DNA from: Psammoneis japonica
Taxonomy: Eukaryota
Assembly (NCBI GenBank): GCA_008632985.1
Contig: QPGO01000044.1
Span: forward strand, 496,001 to 540,221
DNA length: 44,221 nucleotides
Reading direction: 5' to 3'
Shown: piece after piece, positions 33,673-44,221 of the stretch
Numbering within the stretch: position 1 is the first letter of the stretch
How the letters are laid out: each line of letters starts with the position of its first letter
Notes under the pieces: generated by a model
What the model saw: only the letters and a program-made list of their open reading frames with translations
What the model was told of the DNA's origin: nothing
The model's database searches: none
Position numbers and translations under genes: made by a program

Positions 33673-34853
33673 TGATGTTGATGCTTCATTTTGCCATGCA
33701 GCTTTTGCTGATGCCAGCTCTTTCCTGTGGGGCCCATGCTTGTGGCATCAATCTCAGCCAGTTGTCACATGCTCCTGCCGTGCTGCAATGTGCTGGGGGT
33801 GTGGGTCAGCTTGTTTTCTGGAGTCACAGGGCAGAAGCACAACAGCACTTTAAACATGGAATTTTGGTTTTGGATTGCTGCCCACTTTGACAGCTTTGTA
33901 GAGCAAGGCCATGAAATGGTGCTGTCAATCAAAAGTGGAAATGTCACTTTGATGATCTTCAAATTCTCTGCGCACATGCGGTGATGGTGCCAGATGCCTC
34001 CTGAAGAGCTGCGCCTCTGTTGCAAGCTTGTGCCAGAAGCTGCCAGAGTCTGCAACTTTGGCAAAAAAACAGCACTGGGCAAGGATCAGCAACAACAAAT
34101 CAAAAGAGCAATGGAGCATGAGCACGGTGTGGGCCTGATCTCAAAAACAATGCAGCAGGCTGTTCATGAACTTTTGATGCTTTTTCATCATGCACAGCAA
34201 GTGCATGACTGCTGCTGGTGAATGAAATGACCAACTCTCTAGATCTGGCTGGAGCTGCAATTTCTGAAAAAGGTTTCCATGGCATCCATGCCCCCCCACA
34301 CCCTGCTTTTGAACCAGGTGATTTGGCAGTCAAGACTTCCCTCGCCAATTCTTTGCACCCCAGAAAAAGCAGATTGTTGAGCACACTGTTTTCTGCAGCA
34401 TGGTGTCTCATGTCTCCCTTGGCCACACTTGCTTGGCTTTTTTGAGAGGAGACATTGCTTCCTGTGTCATCCACTCCATGAACACTGCATTGTTCTGTGC
34501 TGCAGGTCTCAAGATGAGGATTAAAATCTCCAACCAGGCTGCCAAAACTGCTCATTGGAGCTTGCAAGTTTTGTTGCACAGGCCTGAGAAATCTTGCCAG
34601 TGGAGTGGATGCCACTGCCTGCTGGTGTTGACAAAAGAGCAAATTGTGGTTGTCAAGAGCAGTCAGCATTTCTGTGCCACATCCATCACAATGCCATTGC
34701 TTTTCACTTTTCAGTGGTCTTGTGACACAGCAAGTTTTGTTGCACTGGCTTGAAACATCTGGCCAGTGGAGCAGTGCCAAATGAAGATTGAACAGTGCTT
34801 GTTGGGCACCACCACCGGGTGTTGACAGAAAAGCAAACTTTGATGATTGGCAT

Positions 34854-35015
34854 CAAGACAGAGTCCACATTTGCACTGCATGCATCACAGTGCCTTGCTG
34901 TTCAATTTTTGATTGTCTTGGTGACAGCTGATTGTCAAGACTGAGAGTCAACATTTGCACTGCATTCATGGCAATGCTGTTTCTGTTCACTTTTGAGAGC
35001 AGTCTTGGTGACAGC
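34854..35015 (+). repeat. Tandem duplication of about 85 bp
   Basis: caagac.gagtc.acatttgcactgcat...gtcttggtgacagc occurs twice. Confidence 0.75.
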
Positions 35016-36039
35016 AAGTTTTGCATGCCCAGCAACAGCAAATTGAGAGCTGTCAACACATGGATGCCAACACCCACTGGCACTGACAAAAGCGTGATCT
35101 GCATTTGTCAAGACAGGCAAACATTTGCATTGCCTCCATCATGTCATCAGCTCCGTTTGTCTTTCAGCAATCTTTGTGACTGTAAGTTTTTCACACTGGC
35201 TTGTCTGCTCCAGGCACAGTCAGGTTCTTGTTGGCTGCGCCACTGCTGCAGTCCTTCTTGGAGGTGTTGTTCAATTTGAATGGCATGCTTGCATTTGTTC
35301 ACATGTCAAAGCTGTCAGCTGAGGTGCTGGTCAAGGCAACAGGTGTTGCAACTCATGTTGTTGGCTGCTGTTGTTTTAAGTTGCATGGGTTCCCCTGCAA
35401 ACCAGAGATGGTTTGCTGCTGCAACAAGCATGGTGAGTGAGCTTGCACATTTTGCAAAGTTGGGCCTCTTCTTCTGTCAGTGATCATCAGCGCATTTGCT
35501 GCCTGAGGATTTTGCTGAGGGGCCCACTTGTGGAATGCTGCAGGCCCAACATCACATGGAGCCCCACCTGGGGCTGGAGCACATTGGCTGCCACAAATGT
35601 TTTGGACAGGGTGCCCACAATTGCATGTGCTCATTGACAAAATGGCGCGGGCCTGGTCAACCCAGAGTTGGCTGGCGTTTGCACACACATCATCACGACA
35701 CTTGAAAAGTGCAGCCTCCAGTGTCTGCTCAATCTTGCTGCCTTGACCCCTGGAGTGTGCAGCATTGCTGCTGCAGTTGATCTCCCTGACACTCTGGTGA
35801 ATGATTTGCCAGCAGATGACAAGTGGGGCAAAAATGCACAGGCTCCAGAGCTGTGCACAGCACAATCTGATGCCAACAAACATGCTTCAGAGGGCAAGAT
35901 GAGCATTTGAAAGCTCATGACATGCACTGCTGTGGCACAGCAAGCTGGCTCATGTGAATTTTGTTGTGCTCAGAAACAAGATGATGACAGGGCTCCCATG
36001 CAGGTGCCAGGAGCAACAACCTCATTCTACACTCACATT

Positions 36040-36760
36040 GCATGATCAGCCAGCAAGCTCTGCAGGGAGTGCACCAGCCACAAGAGAATGATGGGAACAA
36101 ACAACAGTGGGCAATTGTCAAGTGCCTTGCCCAAACTCCAAGGGAGTCATTTTGCAAATCAACTCTCCATGCTTGTGGGGACAATGCGCTGAACACAAAA
36201 AAGTTGAGACCCCATTTTTCCATCAAACATTGTTGACATGTCCACAAAACTGAGAAGCAAACTTGTTGAGCCTGGCAACAAAAGCAACACAAACAGCTGC
36301 ACCCTTCATCATGACCTGCTGGCCAACCAGCAGAGCAGTGGCTGCACTCCAAGGGAGTCATTTTGTCAACCTGCCCTCAACACTTGTGGGGACAATGCAT
36401 TGGACACAAAAAGGCTTGGGCCCCATTTTTCCTGCAAATGTCAACACCCACAGAACTGAGAAGCAAAATTGAGCCAGGCAAAACAAAAAAAAAACAACAA
36501 AGACAGCTGCTGATCACTTTGTCATGACCCTCTGGCCCACAGCACAGCCAGTGGCTGCACTCCAAGGGGGGGACTGTTTTTCCAATCAACTCTCCACACT
36601 TGTGGGGACAATGCACTGTGCACACAAAAAGTTGAGATCCCATTTTTCTTGCAAACATCAAAAAACCACAAAGCAAGCTTGAGCCAAGCAAACAAAAAAC
36701 AACAAAGTCAGCTGTGCCTTTTGTTGTAACCCACTGACCAGCAGCATGATGGTTGCTTTC
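36040..36760 (+). repeat. Tandem repeat with a period of about 211 bp, three copies plus partials
   Basis: ccaaggg...cttgtggggacaatgc...acacaaaaa...cccattttt at about 36138, 36349 and 36562. Confidence 0.85.
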
Positions 36761-39521
36761 TCCAGCAGCCAGAGCAAACATTGAAAATGGGGGCTTGTGG
36801 TCAAAAGAAGAAACAAGCAAGAGTTGGCATCAGGAAGCACAAGGCTGGGCCTTGGCACAATCCCAAGACAAGGTGGTGGGAGATTTTTTGTGAGAGTGTT
36901 GGCTGGCTTGAAAGATCTGCCAGATCTTTCTCCCACACAATTTTGTGTGGAATGAGTGCAACTCCTCAAAAATGGCTGTTGAAAGTGTGGTGTGATGTCA
37001 GTGAGTCATGTGACAAATGATGGGGTCACAGCAAGAGCACAAAAGATCATGCACAGCAATGTTGCTCAACCCTGCAGTGCCACATGCAGTGACAAAAACT
37101 CTTCTGCCAAAGTGCATTTCCAGCTGACTGACTTTGTGCTCATGCCAAGTTCCTGACAACTTTTGGGTTGCAAGCAGGGGTTTGTGTGAGCCACAGAGCT
37201 GTTGCCAAAATTTGTCCCTTGCAGCCACTTTCTCCCTTGCAAAAAAGGCAACTTTTGCAAAAAATCAGCTGCATGCCCTCCAATGTGCCCTGTGCCATGA
37301 ATGGTGTGTGCCCGCCACATTCTTGCAAGACATCATTTTAAAGAGTGGGAGACTGATGATGCTCACATTTTGGAGTTGCACACTTTCTGGCTGCATGTTG
37401 GGGCTCACAAAGTCTGGCCAGCACAAACCCAAAAAGAGAGCTCTCAAGAGTCAAGCATGGGTGCAGATGCTCAAGAATCATGAGACTCAGAGAGCACAAA
37501 AAGGGGAGTCAACCCTTTGTCAATGTCAAGACATGCAACAGGAGCATCAGTGGGAAACCCACTTGTGGCAGCACTCCATTTTGCAGTTTGTTGTTGATCC
37601 CATGACAGCCAAGCTTCTTTGCCTCCTTGGTGCTGCCTTCACTCTCAAGTCACCCAAAAAGCCACCTTTTTTTGCTGAAAGAGTTGGGGCATTTGCCATC
37701 CAAATGTCCATGACAAAGCAGTGCAAAAAGACTTGTTGTTGTCATGTGCCTCTCACACAGCACACCACTCCACTTGCCCACAGTGTGGCTGGACTCAAAT
37801 GCTTGTGCTTGAACAGCACAGAAGAATTGAAAGTGACACATTGACGATGCACAATGTTGACTGCATGCAGTCCAGCATGTCATCAGGAAATGCCACAGAC
37901 ACAATCACACTTTGTGAGGACTTGTGAAAACACTCACAAAAGTCTGACAACCTGACCATTTCACAGATTCTGGCATGCCAAAGGCTCGCTCAGATGTGCG
38001 GCATGTTCCAGCTCCAGTTGAAGCACTTTTGGAAGTCAAAAATGTCTTGCTTAAATTTCTTCTTTGAGTTGGGAAATTTCAAGACAAATGGAAAAATGTT
38101 CACATGAGACACTGCGCTGTCCATGTTGGTGCATCTTTTTGTGGTCGAAACTGGTCAAAAGTGATGGACAAGTTGAGACAGGATTGTTTTGCCAAAAGCC
38201 CCAATTGCATGATTTTGTTTTGCCTGGAGTTGGAGCAGGCTGCTCTCAAAAGAAAGAGAGCAGAGCAGGAGGAGGAGCAATGGGCTCAACAGATGATTGA
38301 AGAGCTGCACCTGGGTTGTGCACCATTTTCATCACATGCCATTGTGGCTTGCAAAAGCAGCATCATGGAGACAGAGATTGTGCAACATGATGATTGCACT
38401 CACAACCCTTGCAAAGTGGCAAACATGCCATTGGAACCAAGGCCTTGTTGATTCACACAAGCCACCATCCTTGTCTCACATCAGCTTTCACCTTGATGGT
38501 CATCAAGCACAAAGCCCACTTTGTTGATGAAGAGAGCAGCGATCATGATGCCAACAAATTCAACAACAACAATGGACTGAGTGTCCAAACTCCACAGTGT
38601 GGCCAAAAATGTCACAGCTCTCAAGAGTGACAGCAATGCCCCCCCCTCCTGTTTGTGACATCTTGCAACTCTTTTGAGCTCAACAAGACCAAAAGCCAGC
38701 CACGATGCAAAGAACGCGGCGGCGGCTGCACTCAAAAGCTCTGCTCTCATTTCTAAAAATGTTGCAGCTTGGGCACCCAAGACATTGCTGCTTTTTCACA
38801 CAGAGTGCCACAATGTTGGTCAAAGTTGAAGCTCAGCTTCAGAGGAGCTCCTCCCATCTTTGCTTGCACACAGGGAGTGGCACGTTGTTTTCTTGCTTTC
38901 TTCTTGTTGATGAGGAGGGCAACACTCGCTCAGAAACAAAGCAATGAGAAATGTGATGCAATGCTGCAGCAAGGCTCATCAACCCATAACCAGGCTCCTG
39001 CAATGTCTTCATTGATGCAGCTCCTGCTCCCCAAGCCACATCTTCTGTGCCCTTCTTGCGGACCCACCTCTTTTGTGCACGAGTGATGAGAGAAAGCATG
39101 ATGGACCACTTTTGACCCTGCTGGGTGGCTGGTTGCTGTGTCAGCATTCCATCACCGTGAGATGTTACGATCAGAGCTCACATGAAAGAGCAAGCAATGC
39201 ATCATTGGGCCCTGCATTCCACCGCATGGCTTCAATGATGCGGTTTCACGCTCAGTGCTCAGTGCAATGATGTGCGCACCGCGCATGTCATGTGAGCGAG
39301 AATGGCCGTTGCGCATGTTTCAGTCACGCTTCGTGATCATTCGCGCATTGTCTTTCCCACGACTCACGACTTCTTCCTTCTCAACGCTTATTCTCGTGAC
39401 ATGTCATGGCAGCCGACGGTGAGGTTTCCCAGCTTCCCACTTTTCATTCAATCTCACAACATCATAGTCAGTAGATCTTCAAGGAACACAGCAGCCAGCA
39501 ATCGGACGCGAAGGGAAAAAA

Positions 39522-40373
39522 ATGGAAGCTCCCCTCGCCAAACGGCAAAAAGTGGAGGAGCGAACGTGTGTAGAAGAAAGGAACCGAGCAGTGGCCCAAC
39601 TCCCCGAAAATCGCCGCAAAGCGCTTGTGAAGCGCGTTTTGGAGCAAAAGGCGAAAGGCATTGTTTACTACGAGTTTGGCAATGGCTGGCAGTGGAATTT
39701 GCTCCAGAATGAAGGGCCTTTTGCGGCTCTTCCATCAGAAAATGTCGCCGGAGAGTATCAGGTTTATTACCAAGCGTTTAAATGCGACTTTTGTTTGGTG
39801 CAACGCACCACGGACCGCACGCTAACTCTGACCGTGGATGACAGCGGCATTCATCAATGTTCCGTAGGAAAAACTCCCAGTGACATGAATTATGGCAGAA
39901 ACGGCCACGTTTGCGAATTCGACGACGAATTTGAGTTCAAGGAAGCACGTAAAGGGGAAACCAGAATCGATTGCGAAATGACCGAGTACCCATCTGCATG
40001 CTCTGAATACGACATTGACGTACAGTTTTCGTTTCTCTCGGAACGAATCGCTTGCAACTGGATTCCTTCGGAGTGGTACAACCCAGACGACCAAGATTCG
40101 GTACAGGACGATTTAGCGCAACCACCGTTTGAAAACATTCAAGCCGCTGAAGCGGCGGTCCGGAGCTATCGAGACAGTTACTCGTGGACGAAAAAACTCA
40201 TTTTTCCAGAGTATGGTACTGTTGGTGAGACAATAAGTGAATACTGCTCACCGCGGCGGCCTTGTCCAGCAATGTTTTTTGAACCTGGCGATTTGTGCGT
40301 CGCGGTGTCTTGGGGAAGTGACTTCTGTTGTTGTGCAAACAGTTTTTACATGGCTCGAAAGAAAGTAGGTTAA
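39522..40373 (+). CDS. Hypothetical protein (283 aa) with an N-terminal NLS-like motif
   Basis: Intact ORF, aaaATG context, starts MEAPLAKRQK, normal Tyr content. Confidence 0.75.
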   Translation: MEAPLAKRQKVEERTCVEERNRAVAQLPENRRKALVKRVLEQKAKGIVYYEFGNGWQWNLLQNEGPFAALPSENVAGEYQVYYQAFKCDFCLVQRTTDRTLTLTVDDSGIHQCSVGKTPSDMNYGRNGHVCEFDDEFEFKEARKGETRIDCEMTEYPSACSEYDIDVQFSFLSERIACNWIPSEWYNPDDQDSVQDDLAQPPFENIQAAEAAVRSYRDSYSWTKKLIFPEYGTVGETISEYCSPRRPCPAMFFEPGDLCVAVSWGSDFCCCANSFYMARKKVG

Positions 40374-40704
40374 ACCAACATATTAGTTTTGCAATTGCTC
40401 GACTTCTATGCTCTGTCATTTTTGTGTATCTGCGACATTTTCCCGTCTTGTTTTCGTCACCGGCGGTAAACTTGAGGTAGAGCGCTTGATTAAAATCAAA
40501 TCTAAAAACGTAGTAGTCCTATGAATGGACTGCGCACTGGCGTTCGGCAAACATAGCACACAATGCATAGAAGAAAAAGTAGGCAATGAAATCACAAGGA
40601 CGCTCATTATGCTACTCGTACTATGGCCTATCTCTTCGGTTTTGCCTATCGCTATTGCAACGCGATCATAGCACAGTGAATATAATTCATTTCAAAGAGT
40701 TTCT

Positions 40705-41854
40705 CTAATGAAGGAGCACAAATCCATCGTCGACAATCGACTCTTGGAAAGACTTGTTCAATTGGGTAAATCCTTCCGCCCCGTTTCTCCTCTGGTTGTA
40801 AACACGTCCCTCCCAGAAGTTCTTGATCTGTTGCTCCATGGTGTGAACATCCTCCTGAACATCGTTTCGACTCCAGCTCTCCAACTAGGCAGCCGTTTGA
40901 AAAAGGGCGTCAGACAAATTATGTCTAGTTGCACACAGCACATGAAATGTCATAATCAAACATACCTGCCATTGCTCTCGATGTCTTCGACGTCGATTGG
41001 TGTATTGCTCTCGACAAAAGGGCAATCCTGGTGCGTTTCCACCCATTTTGCTTCACACTCCTTGCACATTCCGTGAAGACATGGTAGGATAGTCTCTTGA
41101 GGGTTATCAAAGCAAATGCCGCACTCATGCGAGTCTGACGGCTTATTGGTGATGGCGCCCACGCTTTGCTCCGTGAGCTCTGATAGCTGTGCTAGTCGAC
41201 GCAACAAACGTATGTAGATACAAAAGTCCAGCCCAGAAATGGTACAAACAACTCCAACACTGCAAACATCGGGTTGATTCTCGTCAAAAGCATCCAAAAA
41301 GACCAAGCAAATCAAAATCTACAGACAAGAAGTGTCAGAGAAAGCAACAAAGCAACCTTACCACTTCAAAAGAAGGAATCAACGATGGACTCACATGCTG
41401 TTCATAAAATGCTACGCGTTCAAATGCATGGTCAGCTGGAAAGTTAATGACGTCTTTCTGAGTGATGGCCGTATGCCTCTCTTGCGAAGACGAAAACGAG
41501 TTCAGTAGTGAGAGGTGGGATGTAGTCGACATCAACATTAGCCACGGCGGCGAGTCAAGTCATCAATAACGCGACTGACCCATATAACTCACTTCTGTGA
41601 ACTACTCGTCTATTTCTCACAAAGGCTTGAAATAAAACTGGGTACGTAGATTTGTTGGGAAGGACTTGTACTCCGTGAAGGGTATTGGCGGTCACGGATG
41701 CATCTTGCGTCCAATCGACGAGCTCGTCGAGGCATATTGGAATGCTCATCGGGCTAGGTATTTTGTCGTGAACGATCATTGAAGCAACTCCAAAAAGAGA
41801 CAAAGATTTTCCTTCCGATTCGCTGTCATCTTCTCTTGCCATTCGGTTCCCCAT
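40705..41854 (-). CDS. RING-finger (C3HC4) protein, RNF141-like layout, multi-exon
   Basis: MG start; CGICFD..ILPCLHGMCKEC..W...CPF(C), where the last Cys needs one extra T in a T-run near 41017; donor CAG|GTATG near 40965; last exon ends TAG 40707-40705; internal exon structure uncertain. Confidence 0.7.
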
Positions 41855-42374
41855 CTTGGCTGACGCACACCGTTTGGGTACGTAAATAGCGCGGTGTTCT
41901 GTGATAGGTTCAAGGTGGGCAAATCGGTACTGGTAAAATTATCCGCCAAACGATTCCTCAACCAGCACCAGGTACAAGACTACAGTAACACGCAAGTAGG
42001 AAGGGGTTGCTATGGCCTACAGGTTCAGGGACGAGCGTATTGATTTTGTTGTCAAAACATCAACAGTCGGTCGCAGAGGTGTTATTTTTGGTCCCGGGTC
42101 CCGGGTCCCGCGTCGCTCACGAGGCTTTGCGTGGATGGGTCGAACGGAGCTCGCAACACGAGGGCGCAGTCGTCTCACACTTTCTTGCTTCTCATCTATC
42201 AAAAGATGAGGCAACTGTTGTGAGAGTCGCTATTGTTCCTGTTGCTCTATCTTATTGTAGGATTATGAAACTGCTCCCTCCGTAACTTTAGAGTGTTATT
42301 GCCACTATTCCAGGTCGTGGTGCGCGCACGACAAAAATGCTACTTTTCATTCTGCTACTATAATGTCAATACTT

Positions 42375-44023
42375 TTATACTGACACGGCACATTCAAGAA
42401 TACGGGGATTGCCGGAAACCACCCTGAAGGGTCGACTCTCGTTGCGCTTGTCCACATTGAAGACAACAATCTTGAGTTTATCTTGCAGTACTTTCCAATG
42501 GGCACGTTCCTCGTCCGACTTCCAATAGTTTGCAAAGTCGCTCATGAGTGGCGGTGTACGAAGAGAGGTCAGGGCCATGAGAACGGAGAGGCCAACATAG
42601 GATTGCTTGTCGGCGCGAATGGAACTGGGACGGTGTCGAATGGCGCCATGAAGTGGAGTTTGAATGTGCTCTGCGACACTACCCACGTGTTCGTGTCCCG
42701 ATGTGGCGCGGTAGGAAAAGGTGGCCAAGCAATCCAACAAAGCTTGGCGACTGAGGGAATCGGGCAAATCATCGGCAAGCGTGTACTGCTTGAGTAGAGA
42801 CCAGAACTGGACCAATCCAGCATCCTTGGTCACGTCGCTGTCACCCAGCACCTTGTCAAAATAATGAATAAAACAGTCATATACTTCCAATCCATCTTCA
42901 AACAAGGGAAGCTTTCCATTTTGAATCAATGCATTGACTTTGGGTCCCTTGCTCTTGACAAGATCTGGTAGTGGTTTCCATTCTGGTCCCTTGCGGTACG
43001 TTGTTGCCGCTACGGTTTTCAAAGAAGCCCAAGTCAAACTCGTAGTATGATGCACCATGCTTTCTCGTGGCAAGAGTGCGCTGCCGGCTTGGTTGTTGAC
43101 CAGTGCCGTGCGCATGAGAAAGGGTTGGAGCGCTCGACGCACGGCATGGTCTTCCGTCAAGGCCACGGTGCTGGCACGCAACATTTGAGCCGAAACCCAA
43201 AAATGATGATGAAACAAATGATCCACCGCCGTCACGAGACAGAACAGAGAGGATCGCCATGCAAACTTGGCATATTCCCACTTGCTTCCATCGCTCGGTG
43301 TGACCAAACCGTCGGGTGTGTCAATGGCGAGAACCTTTTGGTCGCCATCAAAGTACGCACACGCTCCGTATTTGCCGAAGCCTTTTCGTACCTCCAGAGC
43401 TTTCATAAAGAGGGTATCCACTTCAAATACGGCTCCCGTTGGAGCATTTTCCTTGTTGTCTGGGACAGCCTCAAGTCGATGCGCACCCAATCCATAAAAG
43501 GCTTGACGAGTCATGGCCTCGTCCGACTGGGGGTTCTCAAACACCACGTTGGGTTTGGGGAGGGCCTTGTCAAGCTGTGTCTGCTTTAAAAGTTCAGGCA
43601 ACTCCTTGTCACTGATATCCAACAATACGTCTCTTAATGGAAATAACACAGGATTGTGCAGCATGGTGAGAGCCGCCCAACCACCGGGAGGAAATTTCCC
43701 AAAGGAGGGATCACGCTGTAAATTCTCAAACTTGGTCGATCCGACGCGAGTCACGGTAAGAGGTTGGTTTCCCGTGCCTTTGGGTTGTTCCAAGTGGTTT
43801 TCGGTAATGGGCTCGGATTCGACAATCTTGGGAACAAAGATATCGACAATCTTGCGAGTCCACCTGATGCAAACATGAGCAAACTGATGAGACTGGATAT
43901 AAAGAACAAATATAAAAAAGCACAAACGCACGACCACACCGCATGAGCCGAAAATACGAACCTGTCAAGATCACCAATCAGATCATCCTCATCGGCATCG
44001 CCACGACAACAACTAGAAAACAT
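42375..44023 (-). CDS. Lipoxygenase (catalytic domain only), 2 exons
   Basis: WEYAKF, DHLFHHHF (H-x4-H), HAVRRALQPF, HEHVG, C-terminal ECAVSV; intron 43931-43864 (GTGCGT...CAG) joins the MFSSCCRG exon in frame. Confidence 0.85.
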
Positions 44024-44221
44024 TATTGTTGCAAACGTTGCGGTCACAACGTTATGATGGCGAGAAGCAAAGAAGATACGCTACAACAACGACACGGTCA
44101 CAACGGCGGAACGTCTTTTTTGACGCCAGCCGTGATCAAAATTTTTGCGTGAAAGATTCTCGTACTGGCAGAATAACGGTTCATGTAGCATTCTACAGAG
44201 AGTGTACTGAAGAAATCAGAA

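Larger units (their letters stand above)
32760..39290. other. TpA/CpG-depleted hypermutated domain 3 (unassigned repeat/TE relics)
   Basis: Same dinucleotide signature; CG returns gradually over about 39200-39350. Confidence 0.9.

Noticed and set aside
34100..38600. APE endonuclease (GDFN) or DNA-transposase assignment for domain 3 relics
   Set aside because: Only isolated short motif resemblances in heavily mutated sequence; needs a profile search after back-mutation
8780..39290. Many 60-240 aa Cys/His-rich ORFs inside the three domains as real metal-binding proteins
   Set aside because: Explained by loss of TAA/TAG/TAY codons; they overlap on all frames and have no coherent domain

Overview
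Eukaryotic genomic DNA, most likely from a pennate diatom. That assignment is inferred from the short GT-AG introns, a mitochondrially targeted bacterial-type aconitase AcnB, a Ser/Lys/Pro-rich RRL-containing secreted protein, a lipoxygenase and CRE/Helitron-type relics. Normal-composition gene islands (1-8.7, 19.2-21.2, 25.2-32.7, 39.3-44.2 kb) carry about 11 genes. They alternate with three sharply bounded domains (about 8.8-19.2, 21.3-25.15, 32.8-39.3 kb) almost devoid of both TpA and CpG. Intact and degraded paralogues inside the window give the direction of change: CpG->TpG/CpA and also TpA->TpG/CpA, the opposite of fungal RIP. The domains hold wrecked transposons, a wrecked FBH1/UvrD-like helicase gene and duplicated pieces of a Crinkler-like/acnB head-to-head locus. 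This domain-restricted dual-dinucleotide hypermutation is the main candidate for an undescribed system. The frameshifts in otherwise intact genes (acnB, GT77, RING) look like single-base assembly errors.
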